From an uncultured beta proteobacterium (GTDB lineage: Bacteria > Pseudomonadota > Gammaproteobacteria > Burkholderiales > Casimicrobiaceae): 64,000 nt of DNA. Under the pieces are notes generated by a model, which made no database searches, was not told the origin of the DNA, and was given only the letters and a program-made list of their open reading frames with translations. The stretch spans positions 96,143 to 160,142 of the forward strand of contig CAWGLS010000002.1 in NCBI GenBank assembly GCA_963823475.1, given 5' to 3'. Position numbers and translations under genes: made by a program. Each line of letters opens with the position of its first letter. Position 1 is the first letter of the stretch. This document shows positions 39,618 to 50,645 of this stretch, piece by piece.

Positions 39618-42278
39618 CTAGTCCGCCAGCGTCCGGGTGACGACTTCGGTCACGTCGGGCGACAACCCCGGCATGGCTGCGATTCGCTGGAGCGCGGCCT
39701 GCATCATCCCGCGCCGCGGCTCCGGGAATCTCTTCCAGAGGTTGAAGGCGCCGGCGACCGTCGCCGCCAGCTGCGGATTGGTGGCGTCGAGCCCGAGGAC
39801 GCGATCGGCCGCGAACGTGTAGCCGCCGCCATCGGCCGCGTGGAAGCGGGCGAAGTTGCGCAACGCGAACGCGCCGACCAGCGACCGCACGCGATTCGGA
39901 TTGCGCGCGTTGAAGCGGGGATGCGCGAGCAGGCCCTGCACGCGGGCCAGCGCGTCGCTGCGCATCGACTGCGCTTCCAGCGCGAACCACTTGTCGAGCA
40001 CCAGCGGCTCGTCACGCCACTTCGCCTCGAAGCGGGCGAACAGCGCGTCGCGCTCCGGCGTCACGCTGTCGCGCAGCGCCGTCAGCGCGCCGATCGTGTC
40101 CGTCATGTTGTCGGCGGCGTCGTAGTGCGCGACGGCGAGCGCCAGCGCCGCCGGATCGCCGGCACATCCCAGATAGCACAGGCACGTGTTGGCCAGCTTG
40201 CGCGAGCCGGCCTGGTCGGGCGTCGGCGCATACGGCGCGCCGACGCGGCGCTCGCGGTACGCGCGCTCGAACTCGGCGCGCAACCCGCGCGCGATCTCGC
40301 GCGTCAGGAACATGAGCGCGGCGACGACGCCGTCGACATCGATCGTCGTTGTCCGCGCGGCGACATAAGCCGGCGATGGCGGCGTCAGCGCGAGCGCGAG
40401 CAGCGCCGGGTCGCTCGCGCGGTCGGCGAGCAGCATGCGGACGACGCCGGCGAGCGTCGCCGGAACGACCAGCGGCCGTCCGTCGCGATGGTCGCGCGCG
40501 AGTGAGAGGATCGCATCGGCGAAGCTGCGCTGCGCGGCGTCCCAGCGGCTGACGGCATCGCTGTCGTGCGCGGCGAGGAACGCGAGTTCGTCGGCCGTGT
40601 AGTCGAACTCGACGATCACCGGCGCCGAGTATCCGCGCAGCAGCGAGGGCACCGGCGGCGCCGCGATGCCGGCGAATCGGAACGATTGCGACGACTCCCG
40701 CACGTCGAGTACGCGCGTCGTGCCGAGCGGCGCCGCTTCGCCATCCAGTCGCAGCGGGATGTCGCGGCCTTCGGGGTCGAGCAGCCCGACGGCGAACGGG
40801 ATATGGAAGGGCTGCTTGTCCGGCTGACCGGGGGTGGGCGGCGTGTGCTGCGCGATGTCCAGCGTGTACGTCCGCGTCGCGGCGTCCCACGCGCCGCGGA
40901 CGCGCACGACCGGCGTGCCCGCCTGCGCGTACCAGCGCTTGAACTGCGTCAGGTCCACCTTCGACGCATCCTGCATCGCCTGCGCGAAGTCGTCGCAGGT
41001 CACGGCCATGCCGTCGTGCCGGTCGAAGTACAGGTCCATGCCGCGACGAAAACGATCGGCGCCGAGCAGCGTGTGCTGCATGCGGATGACCTCGGCGCCC
41101 TTTTCGTACACGGTGGACGTGTAGAAATTGTTGATCTCGAGGTACTCGTCCGGACGGACGTTGTGCGCCATCGGTCCCGCGTCTTCCGGGAACTGCTCGC
41201 GGCGCAGGTACTCGACGGCGGCGATGCGTTCGACGGCGCGGGAGTTCAAATCGCTCGAGAATTCCTGGTCGCGGAAGACGGTCAGGCCCTCCTTGAGCGA
41301 CAGCTGGAACCAGTCGCGGCACGTCACGCGGTTGCCGGTCCAGTTGTGGAAGTATTCGTGGCCGACGACGGCCTCGATCGCCGCGTAGTCGTCGTCGGTC
41401 GCGGTGGCGGGGTCGGCCAGCACCAGCCGGCTGTTGAAGATGTTGAGGCCCTTGTTCTCCATCGCGCCCATGTTGAAATCGTCGGCGCAGAAGATCATGA
41501 AGGCGTCGAGGTCGTACTCGCGACCGAAGCGCTCCTCGTCCCAGCGGAACGCGCGCTTGATCGATTCCATCGCGTGACGGCAACGCGGCAGGTTGCCGGG
41601 CGTCGAGTAGATCTTCAGCGCCACGGCGCGGCCCGACATCGTCGTGAACGTGTCCTCGAGCGCGGCCAGGTTGCCGGCGACCAGCGCGAACAGGTAGGAG
41701 GGCTTCGGAAACGGGTCGTGCCAGGTCGCAAAGTGCCGCCCGTCGGGAAGCGCCCCCTGCGCGACGAGGTTGCCGTTGGACAGCAGGACCGGAAACGCCG
41801 TCGGGTCGGCGCGCAGCGTCACCGTGTAGCGCGCGAGGACGTCGGGGCGGTCCGGAAAATACGTGATGCGGCGGAAACCTTCGGGCTCGCATTGCGTGCA
41901 GAACACGCCGGAGGATACGTAAAGGCCTTCGAGCGCGAAGTTGCGGGCCGGCGCGATGCGCGAGCGGACGGTCAGCGTGCCGGCATCCGGCGGATCGATG
42001 ACGACAAGCGTTCCGTCGCCGAAGCGGAGGCGATCGGCGGGCAGCGGGGCGCCGTCCAGTTCGACGACGACGGCGTCCTGCTGCTCGCCGTCGAGCCGCA
42101 GCGGCGCCGTCCGGTCCGGGGCGGCCGCATAGGGATTGCGCCGGAAGGCGAGCCGCGCGGTGACGGCGGTCGCCTCGGGCACCAGGTCGAACTCGAGGTC
42201 CAGCGTGTCGATGAAGAACGCCGGCGGACGATAGTCCAGCCGGCGCTTGACCGGCGCGCCGCTGTCGCGGGGCAGCAT
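39618..42278 (-). CDS. pepN: Aminopeptidase N
   Basis: 886 aa with GAMEN and HEYFHNWTGNRVT…E zinc motifs. Confidence 0.97.
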   Translation of the reverse strand: MLPRDSGAPVKRRLDYRPPAFFIDTLDLEFDLVPEATAVTARLAFRRNPYAAAPDRTAPLRLDGEQQDAVVVELDGAPLPADRLRFGDGTLVVIDPPDAGTLTVRSRIAPARNFALEGLYVSSGVFCTQCEPEGFRRITYFPDRPDVLARYTVTLRADPTAFPVLLSNGNLVAQGALPDGRHFATWHDPFPKPSYLFALVAGNLAALEDTFTTMSGRAVALKIYSTPGNLPRCRHAMESIKRAFRWDEERFGREYDLDAFMIFCADDFNMGAMENKGLNIFNSRLVLADPATATDDDYAAIEAVVGHEYFHNWTGNRVTCRDWFQLSLKEGLTVFRDQEFSSDLNSRAVERIAAVEYLRREQFPEDAGPMAHNVRPDEYLEINNFYTSTVYEKGAEVIRMQHTLLGADRFRRGMDLYFDRHDGMAVTCDDFAQAMQDASKVDLTQFKRWYAQAGTPVVRVRGAWDAATRTYTLDIAQHTPPTPGQPDKQPFHIPFAVGLLDPEGRDIPLRLDGEAAPLGTTRVLDVRESSQSFRFAGIAAPPVPSLLRGYSAPVIVEFDYTADELAFLAAHDSDAVSRWDAAQRSFADAILSLARDHRDGRPLVVPATLAGVVRMLLADRASDPALLALALTPPSPAYVAARTTTIDVDGVVAALMFLTREIARGLRAEFERAYRERRVGAPYAPTPDQAGSRKLANTCLCYLGCAGDPAALALAVAHYDAADNMTDTIGALTALRDSVTPERDALFARFEAKWRDEPLVLDKWFALEAQSMRSDALARVQGLLAHPRFNARNPNRVRSLVGAFALRNFARFHAADGGGYTFAADRVLGLDATNPQLAATVAGAFNLWKRFPEPRRGMMQAALQRIAAMPGLSPDVTEVVTRTLAD

Positions 42279-42289
42279 GGCCGAACTGC

Positions 42290-42769
42290 CTATTTCACTT
42301 CGATCAGCTCGACGTCGAAAATCAGCGTCGCGTTGGGCGGGATGACGCCGCCGGCGCCCCGGTCGCCGTACCCCATGGCGGGCGGGATGATCAGCGTGCG
42401 CTGGCCGCCGACCTTCATGCCCACCACACCTTCGTCCCAGCCTTTGATGACGCGTCCGCCGCCCAGGAAGAATCCGAACGGCACCTGCCGGTCGCGGGAA
42501 CTGTCGAACTTGGTGCCCTTGCCATCAGGCTTGGCAGGGTCGTACAACCATCCCGTGTAATGGACGATCACTGGCTTTCCGGTGACGGCTTCTGCACCAG
42601 TGCCTTGTTTTGTATCGGTTTTCTTCAGTTCTGTCGGCATGGCATTAAACTTGCTTGATCCTTGCGTGGAGGGCGTCGCGGCGGGTGCCTGGGCGGAAAC
42701 GGCGGTCGCCGTCATCCCTTGCAGTGCCACCAGGACAAACAATGACAAAAAGGCCGGAACAGAGAGCAT
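42290..42769 (-). CDS. FKBP-type peptidyl-prolyl cis-trans isomerase (secreted)
   Basis: Signal peptide followed by an FKBP domain (VIVHYTGWLYD…KFDSSRDR…GGGRVIKGWDEG). Confidence 0.85.
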   Translation of the reverse strand: MLSVPAFLSLFVLVALQGMTATAVSAQAPAATPSTQGSSKFNAMPTELKKTDTKQGTGAEAVTGKPVIVHYTGWLYDPAKPDGKGTKFDSSRDRQVPFGFFLGGGRVIKGWDEGVVGMKVGGQRTLIIPPAMGYGDRGAGGVIPPNATLIFDVELIEVK

Positions 42770-43044
42770 GGCGGTGCGATGGACATCGTTGATAGGGTTG
42801 CGGGGCGTCGGCATCGATCGGTCTTTCGTGCAAAAGGTCGTTTAACAACAAGCGAAAAGGAGCATCCGCGCACCCGTCGCCGTCACGAATTGTAGCTGAC
42901 GGCTGCGGCCTTTTGCGCCAATGCGCGATTTGGTCTATATATGTCGGTTCCCCTGCAGGTAACAGCGTCGTTCAGAGGATCCCGCCCGATCGCGGCGGCA
43001 CCCTGTTTGCGATATCGACGCGGACCGGTTCACTACGAGGCTTC

Positions 43045-44754
43045 ATGTTCGGTTTTCTGACCTCCGGCACCAAAGACGTCGCGGATCCGCTGGTGTCGGC
43101 GAAGACCGCGGCGGGCTGGCTGCGCCAGTTGCCCGCGCTCGATGTCATCGGTCGCCAGCAGCATGTGATGCGTGCGTTCGAGGCGATGCGCCAATCGCGC
43201 AAGCCGGTCGATCTCGCCCGCGTGCAGGCCGTCGAGTTCCTCGATGCCGCGCTGGGGGCCGATCGCCGGCAGCTCATCAAGCAATACGTCGAGAACTACG
43301 ACAGTTCGCCGAAGCTCGCCGAGCGGATCTGGCAGGCGATCTACGACCTGTCGCAGGGCTTCATGTACGCGTACCAGACGGCGCTCGAGGAAGCCCTGCG
43401 GCAAAGCCAGAATGCGCGGTGGAAGCCGCTGACGCCGCTCTTGTTCGCGCGGCTCGTCCACTACTACGGCACCGACGCCAAGTTGCGCGTCTTCAGGTTC
43501 GAGCGCTGGATTCCGGCCAAGTGGATGGAACTCCACCGCACGTACCTGCGCGCGTCCGAACTGGGCCTCGACCGCCTCCCGGCGGTGCTGGCGAGCGCCG
43601 GACCCAATGCCACGCACTGGACGGTCGAGCAGGAATACCTGAACGTCCTGCTGATCCACCAGCTCAACACCGGCAACATGACGCCGCCGCAGCTCGACTG
43701 GGCGATGTCGCAGTTGCGCGCGTGGAGCCGGCGGCTGCAGCTCGATGCCGTGCCCCGTTCGCCCGAGGGCTTTTTCGTCGACGTCGCCGGCAAGACGGGC
43801 CTCGGCCGCCGCACCGGCAACGACTCCGGCTCGATGTTGCGTTACCTCGACACGACGCCGCTGGCCGAAGCGCTCGAGCGCGCGATCGGCGCGCTGCGCC
43901 AGGCCGAGACGACGGACCAGGGTCCGGCCGGACCGATCAACCAGCTGCGGATCGCCATCCTCGAGAAGGTGAGCCCGTCGGTGTCGCCGAATCTCAACGC
44001 CGAGCTGCGCCGCGACCCGCGCATCGCCTGCGCGGTGGCGGCCAAGGTGCGCATCGGGCTGTCGCGCATTTCGCACGAGCTGATGCAGAAGGACTCCGGC
44101 GAGGCGGCGAACGATTCCGGCGCCGCCTCCGAGCAGATCGAGGTCTACGCCGTCGCGGACGGGTCGGGCGCCAAGCGCCGCGTCCCCGACGAGCACGATT
44201 CGCTGGCCGCCAGCCTGTCGTCGTTTTCCGACCCGATGTGGCAGGTCAAGGACCGCAGCATCGCCGGACTGCGCATCGCCGCGTCCGGCGGCATCGGCCA
44301 GGCATTGACGCTCGGCGCGCTCGTCGCGGTGCGCCAGTCGGATCTGTCGGACTGGGTGCTGGGCGTGGTGCGTCGGCTGAACAAGGTTTCCAACGACGAA
44401 GTCGAGGCGGGGATGTCGATCATCGCGGACCGCGTCGTACCGGTGACGCTGCACGCGGTGCGCCAGGCCAAGGACGACATGGGCTTCGTCGTCGACGGTA
44501 TCGACGTGTCGACGATGGGCGCGCGCTTCCACGGCCTCTACCTGCCGCCGCCGTCGCGGCCGGACAAGCCGCTCGCCGTCAAGACGCTGATCGTGCCGAC
44601 GCAGGAATACTCGGAAGGCCGCAGCGTGATTCTCACCACGGGCCGCTCCGTCTACACGGTCGCGCTGCGGCATCTCGTCGAGCAGCGCGCCGACTGGAGC
44701 TGGGCGGCCATTCAGATCATCGAGAAGAAAGCCGAGTGTAGCGGGCGCGTCTAA
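43045..44754 (+). CDS. Large hypothetical protein (~570 aa), possibly with a PilZ-like C-terminal domain
   Basis: No recognisable catalytic motif. The C-terminal region is a beta-rich block resembling PilZ/YcgR-type domains. Confidence 0.4.
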   Translation: MFGFLTSGTKDVADPLVSAKTAAGWLRQLPALDVIGRQQHVMRAFEAMRQSRKPVDLARVQAVEFLDAALGADRRQLIKQYVENYDSSPKLAERIWQAIYDLSQGFMYAYQTALEEALRQSQNARWKPLTPLLFARLVHYYGTDAKLRVFRFERWIPAKWMELHRTYLRASELGLDRLPAVLASAGPNATHWTVEQEYLNVLLIHQLNTGNMTPPQLDWAMSQLRAWSRRLQLDAVPRSPEGFFVDVAGKTGLGRRTGNDSGSMLRYLDTTPLAEALERAIGALRQAETTDQGPAGPINQLRIAILEKVSPSVSPNLNAELRRDPRIACAVAAKVRIGLSRISHELMQKDSGEAANDSGAASEQIEVYAVADGSGAKRRVPDEHDSLAASLSSFSDPMWQVKDRSIAGLRIAASGGIGQALTLGALVAVRQSDLSDWVLGVVRRLNKVSNDEVEAGMSIIADRVVPVTLHAVRQAKDDMGFVVDGIDVSTMGARFHGLYLPPPSRPDKPLAVKTLIVPTQEYSEGRSVILTTGRSVYTVALRHLVEQRADWSWAAIQIIEKKAECSGRV

Positions 44755-44978
44755 CGGGCGCGAATTGCGTCACCGGCAGCCGCTGCGCGGCCCGCCGCGC
44801 AATTCGCGCCGCGGGATTGAAACAGGGAGCCAAGAGCGCTCCCTGTTTCAATCCCGAACTGCGGGCGCGCTTCGTGCCTTTTCAACACGAAAATCGCCCG
44901 GCCGCCCGAAGATTTTCGTGCTGACTGCAGTTCGGACAGAAACTTGGAGCGCGTAGCGCGGAGAGTTTCCTGTCCGGT

Positions 44979-45848
44979 TCAGTCCTGCGGCCGAAACTTG
45001 AGCGTGAGCGTTCGCTGGAAGAGGTCCGGACGGTCGGGCCGCGGCAGCGGCGACGACTTCAGTATCGCGCGCTGCACGGCCTCGTCGTAGGCGCGGCTTC
45101 CGCTCGACTTGCGCAGCGTGGCGTCGATGATCTCGCCGGTGGGCAGCTGCACGACTTCGAAGATCGCTTCCGGATTGCCCGGCAGGTCGGACGGCACCAC
45201 GACATTGCCTTTCACCTTGGCCTGTATGCGGCGGATCCAGTCGGCCTGGGACTTCGAGCGTGCGTCGCCCTCGGCGGCTTCGCGCGCACGCACCTGGGCT
45301 TCGCGGTCGGCCTGCGCGCGCAATTGCGCGTCGCGCTCGGCCTGCGCACGCGCCTGCGTTTCGCGTTCCGCCTGCGCGCGCAGCGCGGTCGTCTCCCGTT
45401 GCGCGCGATCGCGCGCGTCGGCCTGTCGCTTTTCTTCCAGCTTGCGCTTGTCCTCGGCTTCCTTCGCCTCGCGTGCCTTGCGTTCCGTCTCGCGCCGCTC
45501 GGCTTCCGCTTTTTTCTTGCGCTCCTCCTCCTGCTTGGCCTTGAGCGCGATGTCCGCGGCGTGCGGATCCGCCTTCGGTGTCACCGGGGCCGGGGGCGGC
45601 GGCGACGGGGGCGTGACCGGTGGGGGTTTCACCGGTTCGGGCTCCGGCGGTGGCGGCGTGGGCGTGGGCGGCGCCTTCACGGGGGGCGCATAGAGTTCGG
45701 CGGTCACCGGCACCGGCGCGCGGTTTTGCCAATGCACCGAGAACACGAGCACGGCGAGGAAGCCGAGCTGCACGGCCACGGCGAGCAGCAGCGCCCACCA
45801 TTTGCCGGTGATGCGGCGCGGTTGGCGCGGCCGATCGGATTTGACCAT
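44979..45848 (-). CDS. tolA: Cell-envelope integrity protein TolA
   Basis: TM anchor, Pro-rich region, a long Lys/Glu/Ala-rich helical domain and the TolA C-terminal domain. Confidence 0.9.
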   Translation of the reverse strand: MVKSDRPRQPRRITGKWWALLLAVAVQLGFLAVLVFSVHWQNRAPVPVTAELYAPPVKAPPTPTPPPPEPEPVKPPPVTPPSPPPPAPVTPKADPHAADIALKAKQEEERKKKAEAERRETERKAREAKEAEDKRKLEEKRQADARDRAQRETTALRAQAERETQARAQAERDAQLRAQADREAQVRAREAAEGDARSKSQADWIRRIQAKVKGNVVVPSDLPGNPEAIFEVVQLPTGEIIDATLRKSSGSRAYDEAVQRAILKSSPLPRPDRPDLFQRTLTLKFRPQD

Positions 45849-45872
45849 CGCTTTAGGCGGGGACTCGAAGCT

Positions 45873-46280
45873 TCAGCTCGCCGGCGGACGCGCCAGCAGG
45901 CCGACCTTCTTGACGCCGTTGCGCTGCAGGAGGTCGAGGATCGCCAGCACATCCTCGTAGCGCGCGTTCTTGTCCGCCGCGATCACCACTGGCTGCTCGC
46001 GGCCCGCCTGCTTGCCGAGCACCCGCGCGACAAGTTCGTCGCGCGTCACGCGGGCGGCCGGCGTGTTCGCCGCCAAGTCGCGCAGCCAGAGCGCGTCGTT
46101 GCGCAGCGTGACCTCCAGCGGCTGCACAGGAGTGGTGAGCTTGCTGCCGACCGACGGCAGCTCGATTTCCCCGGGGCTCACCAGCGGGGCCGTCACCATG
46201 AAGATGATGAGCAGCACCAGCATCACGTCGATGTACGGCACGACGTTGATCTGGTTGATGGCCTTGCGTGGGCGGCGCAT
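45873..46280 (-). CDS. tolR: Biopolymer transport protein TolR (ExbD family)
   Basis: 135 aa; INVVPYIDVMLVLLIIFMV. Confidence 0.9.
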   Translation of the reverse strand: MRRPRKAINQINVVPYIDVMLVLLIIFMVTAPLVSPGEIELPSVGSKLTTPVQPLEVTLRNDALWLRDLAANTPAARVTRDELVARVLGKQAGREQPVVIAADKNARYEDVLAILDLLQRNGVKKVGLLARPPAS

Positions 46281-46284
46281 GCGG

Positions 46285-46953
46285 CTAGCCCTGGCGCTGC
46301 AGGATGTTCGAGAATTCCTCGATGAACGTCTCGTACCGCGTGGCGAGGCGGTCGACGTCGTGCGTGTAGCGGTTGTAGCCGATGACCGCCGGGATCGCGG
46401 CGAAGAGCCCGATCGCGGTGGCGATCAGCGCTTCGGCGATGCCGGGCGCGACACTCGCCAGCGTGGCCTGCGCGACATTGGACAGGCCGCGAAACGCATT
46501 CATGATGCCCCAGACCGTGCCGAAGAGGCCGATGTACGGCGACACCGACCCGACGGTGGCGAGCCCGGACAGATTGGCCTCGAGCGCGTCGATTTCGCGC
46601 TGATACGCGGCACGCATCGCGCGGCGCGCGGAGTCCAGCGTCACGGCCGACGCGCTGCCCTGCTTCCGGTGCTTGGCGAACTCGCGAAAGCCGGCGGTGA
46701 AGATGTGCTCCATGCCGCCGCCGATGCGTGTCTCGGCCGTGCGCTTGTAGAGGTCGGCGAGATCGCCTCCTTTCCAGAATTCGTCCTCGAAACGCGTCGT
46801 CTCGCGGTCGGCGCGCCGCAGCTGGAACATCTTGAGGAAGATCTGCCACCACGACCACAGCGACAGGAGCCCCAGCAGCGCGACCACTGCCTGGACGATG
46901 ACGGAGGCCTGCAGGATCAGGGCGACGAACGACAGGTCGGCATGCACATTCAA
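46285..46953 (-). CDS. tolQ: Tol-Pal system protein TolQ
   Basis: 222 aa with three TM helices and MotA/TolQ/ExbB family blocks. Confidence 0.92.
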   Translation of the reverse strand: MNVHADLSFVALILQASVIVQAVVALLGLLSLWSWWQIFLKMFQLRRADRETTRFEDEFWKGGDLADLYKRTAETRIGGGMEHIFTAGFREFAKHRKQGSASAVTLDSARRAMRAAYQREIDALEANLSGLATVGSVSPYIGLFGTVWGIMNAFRGLSNVAQATLASVAPGIAEALIATAIGLFAAIPAVIGYNRYTHDVDRLATRYETFIEEFSNILQRQG

Positions 46954-47393
46954 ACGGCATTCTCCATGCGGTTGGCCAGCGGCGCGGGGATGCGCACCGG
47001 CCGCCAGCGGGCGGCATCGACGCAGGCCAGCGTCACGCGCGCGGTGGTCAGTACATCGTCGTCACGGCGCACTTCCTGCCGCGCCACCAGCCGGCTGGCG
47101 CCGCGGTGCTCGACTTCGACCGTGACGGCGAGCGTATCGTTCAATCGTCCCGGTTGCCGGAAGTCGATCTCGCAGCGATGCACGACGAACAGGACGCCGT
47201 GCTCGCGCTCGAAGGCGGCCAGCGGAAAGCCCAGCGCCGCCAGCCATTCGGTGCGCGCGCGCTCCATGAACTTCAGGTAGTTCGCATAGTAGACGACGCC
47301 GGCGGCGTCGGTGTCCTCGTAGTAAACGCGGACGGGGAACCGGAAGGGTTGCGCGGCCGTCGCGGCGGACTGGTCGGCCAGGACCTGCATCAT
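46950..47393 (-). CDS. ybgC: Tol-Pal-associated acyl-CoA thioesterase YbgC
   Basis: 4HBT fold ([29 protein letters not shown]). Confidence 0.85.
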   Translation of the reverse strand: MMQVLADQSAATAAQPFRFPVRVYYEDTDAAGVVYYANYLKFMERARTEWLAALGFPLAAFEREHGVLFVVHRCEIDFRQPGRLNDTLAVTVEVEHRGASRLVARQEVRRDDDVLTTARVTLACVDAARWRPVRIPAPLANRMENAV

Positions 47394-48439
47394 TCGGCGG
47401 GAAACAAATCCGCGGGACCGCCGGTGGGCGGCGTGAGCCCGAAGTGGCGGTACGACAGCGCGGTGGCGACACGGCCGCGCGACGTGCGCTGCAGGAATCC
47501 CTGCTGGATGAGGAAGGGCTCCAGCACGTCCTCGATGGTGTCGCGCTCTTCGCCGATCGCGGCGGCGAGATTGTCGACGCCGACCGGGCCGCCGGCGAAT
47601 TTCTGCAGCACCGTGTGCAGGAGCTTGCGGTCCATGACGTCGAGGCCGAACGCATCGACGTCGAGCATCGACAGCGCGGCGTCGGCGACCGTGCGCGTGA
47701 TCTCGCCGTCGAATTTCACTTCGGCGAAGTCGCGGACGCGGCGCAGCAGGCGGTTGGCGATCCGCGGCGTCCCGCGCGAGCGGCGGGCGATCTCGCGCGC
47801 GCCCTCGGGCTCGATGACGATCTTGAGCAGCGCCGCCGACCGCGTGACGATGCGGGTCAGCTCGTCCGCGTTGTAGAACTCGAGGCGGGCGACGATGCCG
47901 AAGCGGTCGCGCAGCGGGTTGGTCAGCATGCCGGCGCGGGTCGTCGCGCCGACGAGCGTGAACGGCGGCAGGTCGAGCTTCACGCTGCGCGCCGACGGGC
48001 CTTCGCCGATCATGATGTCGATCTGGAAGTCCTCGAGCGCCGGATACAGGATCTCCTCGACGATCGGCGACAGCCGGTGGATCTCGTCGATGAAGAGCAC
48101 GTCGCGGGGCTCGAGGTTGGTCAGCAGCGCCGCCAGGTCGCCCGGCCGCTCGAGGACGGGTCCCGATGTCTGCCGCAGGTTCACGCCGAGCTCGTAGGCG
48201 ATGATGTGCGACAGCGTCGTCTTGCCGAGTCCCGGCGGGCCGAACAGCAGCACGTGGTCGAGCGCTTCGCCGCGCTTCTTCGTCGCCTCGATGAAGATCG
48301 ACAGCTGCTCGCGGATCTTCTCCTGGCCGACGTACTCGGCGAGGCCGCGCGGCCGCAGCGCGCGCTCGATGACCTCTTCCTGCACGCCGGCGACCTTGGC
48401 GCCCACCACCCGGTGCAGTTCGTCGTTTTCGATGGCCAT
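47390..48439 (-). CDS. ruvB: Holliday junction branch-migration helicase RuvB
   Basis: Walker [11 protein letters not shown] plus RuvB N- and C-terminal domains. Confidence 0.97.
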   Translation of the reverse strand: MAIENDELHRVVGAKVAGVQEEVIERALRPRGLAEYVGQEKIREQLSIFIEATKKRGEALDHVLLFGPPGLGKTTLSHIIAYELGVNLRQTSGPVLERPGDLAALLTNLEPRDVLFIDEIHRLSPIVEEILYPALEDFQIDIMIGEGPSARSVKLDLPPFTLVGATTRAGMLTNPLRDRFGIVARLEFYNADELTRIVTRSAALLKIVIEPEGAREIARRSRGTPRIANRLLRRVRDFAEVKFDGEITRTVADAALSMLDVDAFGLDVMDRKLLHTVLQKFAGGPVGVDNLAAAIGEERDTIEDVLEPFLIQQGFLQRTSRGRVATALSYRHFGLTPPTGGPADLFPAE

Positions 48440-48454
48440 GACTTCGCGATTCTA

Positions 48455-48987
48455 TGCCTGCGGCCGCGCGCGGGCGGACGACGCGGCAGGTTCTTCCGTC
48501 GCGGCGGTGCGGTGCCGCCGGATGTAGAGGTCTTGTCGACTTCGGCCACGACGCCACCGTCGCCGTCGACGACACGGATCCGGAACTCGGGCTCGTGGCG
48601 GGCGCCGTCGGCCGTCGCCTTCCGCGCCCGGGCGACCGCCGCCTTCGGCAGCCGGAAGCACGCGAAGACGTCGCCGCGCGCGGGCCGCAGATAGCGGATC
48701 GTGCCCGCCTTGTCCCACACGACATACTCGGGGCCGAGGTTCTGCAGCATCATCAGCGCGAAGAAGGGATCGGTCATCGCGAACATCGAGCCGCCGAACT
48801 GCGTGCCGAAGAAATTGCGGTTGAGGCGTCCGAGCCGCAACATCACGTCGACTTCGCGGTAGTCCGCCGTCACGCGCGTGACGCGGATGCCCGCACCCAG
48901 GAACGGCGGCCACAGGTTGATGCCGTGGCGGAAGACTTGGGCCGGCAATGGGAGCCTGGGCAGTACGCCCTGGCGCTGTGACGACAT
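48455..48987 (-). CDS. DUF4442 (YiiD C-terminal-like, hot-dog fold) protein; probable frameshift near the C-terminus (~48530)
   Basis: ORF 48181..48987 carries the conserved body and then runs antisense into ruvB. A plausible native C-terminus (…LYIRRH…) lies in another frame. Confidence 0.5.
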
Positions 48988-48993
48988 TCGCGA

Positions 48994-49575
48994 TCAGGCC
49001 TTCGCCAGCATCTTGAGCGCCTGCCGGATGCCGTCGCCCACGGCGAGGCCATCGGGCAATTTCTTCACCGCCGCCACGGCCTCCTTGTCGCTGTACCCGA
49101 GCGCCAGCAGCGCATGCAGGATGTCGCTGGACGCGGGCGGCGCGCGATGGATGCCGACGGTGGTCGTCAGGTCCGCGCCGAGCTTGTCCTTCAGTTCGAG
49201 CAGCAGGCGTTCCGCCGTCTTCTTGCCGATGCCGGGGATCTTGGTCAGCCGGCCCGACTCCTGCATCGTCACCGCCTGCGCGAGTTCGGCGACCGACAGT
49301 CCGGAGAGCACCGACAGCGCCGTGCGCGCCCCGATGCCGCTGATCTTCAGCAACTGGCGGAAGGCGCGGCGTTCGTTGTCGCTGCCGAAGCCGTAGAGCA
49401 GATGCGCGTCCTCGCGCACGGCGAGATGCGTGAACAGCGTCACGCGCTCGCCGGTGGCCGGCAGGTTGTAGAACGTGCTCATCGGCACGTCGACCTCGTA
49501 GCCGACGCCTTGCACGTCGAGCAGCAGCTGCGGGGGGTTCTTTTCCAGCAGGATGCCGGAGAGGCGGCCGATCAT
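48994..49575 (-). CDS. ruvA: Holliday junction DNA helicase RuvA
   Basis: [12 protein letters not shown]…; 193 aa. Confidence 0.97.
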   Translation of the reverse strand: MIGRLSGILLEKNPPQLLLDVQGVGYEVDVPMSTFYNLPATGERVTLFTHLAVREDAHLLYGFGSDNERRAFRQLLKISGIGARTALSVLSGLSVAELAQAVTMQESGRLTKIPGIGKKTAERLLLELKDKLGADLTTTVGIHRAPPASSDILHALLALGYSDKEAVAAVKKLPDGLAVGDGIRQALKMLAKA

Positions 49576-49678
49576 GGCGAATTATCGCATCCGGAATGCC
49601 CGATTCAACACCGCGCGGCGGGACTGCGGAGATTCGTCCCCGGCCGGTTCGAGGCCCGCCGCGGCCGGGAGGGCCGAA

Positions 49679-50095
49679 TCAGGCGCGCGGCAGCAGCGCG
49701 GTCTGCGCGAGCTTGGCCTGCGCGCGGTCGCGCCGCGTCGACGTGGCCACCGCCTTCGGAATGCCTTCGGCCTCGAGCCAGTCGAGCAGCGCGTGCAGGC
49801 CGGGCTTGATGGCGATGCCGTCGCGCGCGACGATGGCGTCGTACGCGACGTGCCATGCGCGCATCATCGCGGCCGCCGGGAAGTCGGCGCCGTAATGCGC
49901 GGTGATGATCGACTGGCAATCGCGAAAGTTGCGGCCGATCATCGGCGCGATCAGCGCCATGTCGAATTCCACGCCCATCGCGGTGGCGGCGTCCTGCCAT
50001 GCAAACGGCGCCAGCCGCTCGGTGTCGAGCATCAGGCCGTCCATGTCGAAGATCACCGCTGCGGGGCGCAGGCGAGGTCGCGGCGCGCGCGTCAT
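49679..50095 (-). pseudogene. Truncated HAD-hydrolase fragment (~138 aa, N-terminal half only) inserted between ruvC and ruvA
   Basis: Motif I (VIFDMDGLMLDTE) is present, but the protein stops before HAD motifs III/IV. Confidence 0.5.
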
Positions 50096-50634
50096 CGTAC
50101 GAAGCGTCCCGCCCGGCGCGTGTAGCCGGACCCGCGCAACTCGCCGACGCCGACGCTGCCGTGCGCATGGCAGATCGCGCAGGCGAGCGCATCGGCGGCG
50201 TCCGGCGACGGAATTCCCGGCAATTGCAGCAGGCGGCGGACCATTTCCTGCACCTGGGGCTTGAGCGCGCGGCCACGGCCGACGACCGCCTGCTTCACCT
50301 GTCCCGCCGTGTACTCGTGCACGGGGAGTCCGGCCAGCACGGCGGCCGCGATCGCCGCGCCGCGCGCCTGCCCGAGCAGCAGCGTGGAATTCGGATTGAT
50401 GTTGACGAACACGCGCTCCACCGCCACTTCGGTCGGACACTCTTCCGCGATGACGTGGGCCAGGTCGCGCGCGATGATGCCGAGGCGCACCGGCAGGCTG
50501 TCGCCGCTCGCCCGGATGCATCCGCTCGTCACGTAGATCAGCTTGTTGCCCTGCTGGATCAGCACGCCGAAACCGGTGACCCGGAGTCCGGGATCGATGC
50601 CGAGGATGCGACGAGCCGGCGCGTTGGCGAGCAA
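50092..50634 (-). CDS. ruvC: Crossover junction endodeoxyribonuclease RuvC (start codon uncertain, possibly TTG)
   Basis: …[34 protein letters not shown]…. Confidence 0.85.
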   Translation of the reverse strand: MLANAPARRILGIDPGLRVTGFGVLIQQGNKLIYVTSGCIRASGDSLPVRLGIIARDLAHVIAEECPTEVAVERVFVNINPNSTLLLGQARGAAIAAAVLAGLPVHEYTAGQVKQAVVGRGRALKPQVQEMVRRLLQLPGIPSPDAADALACAICHAHGSVGVGELRGSGYTRRAGRFVR

Positions 50635-50645
50635 GGGGTCGGGCG

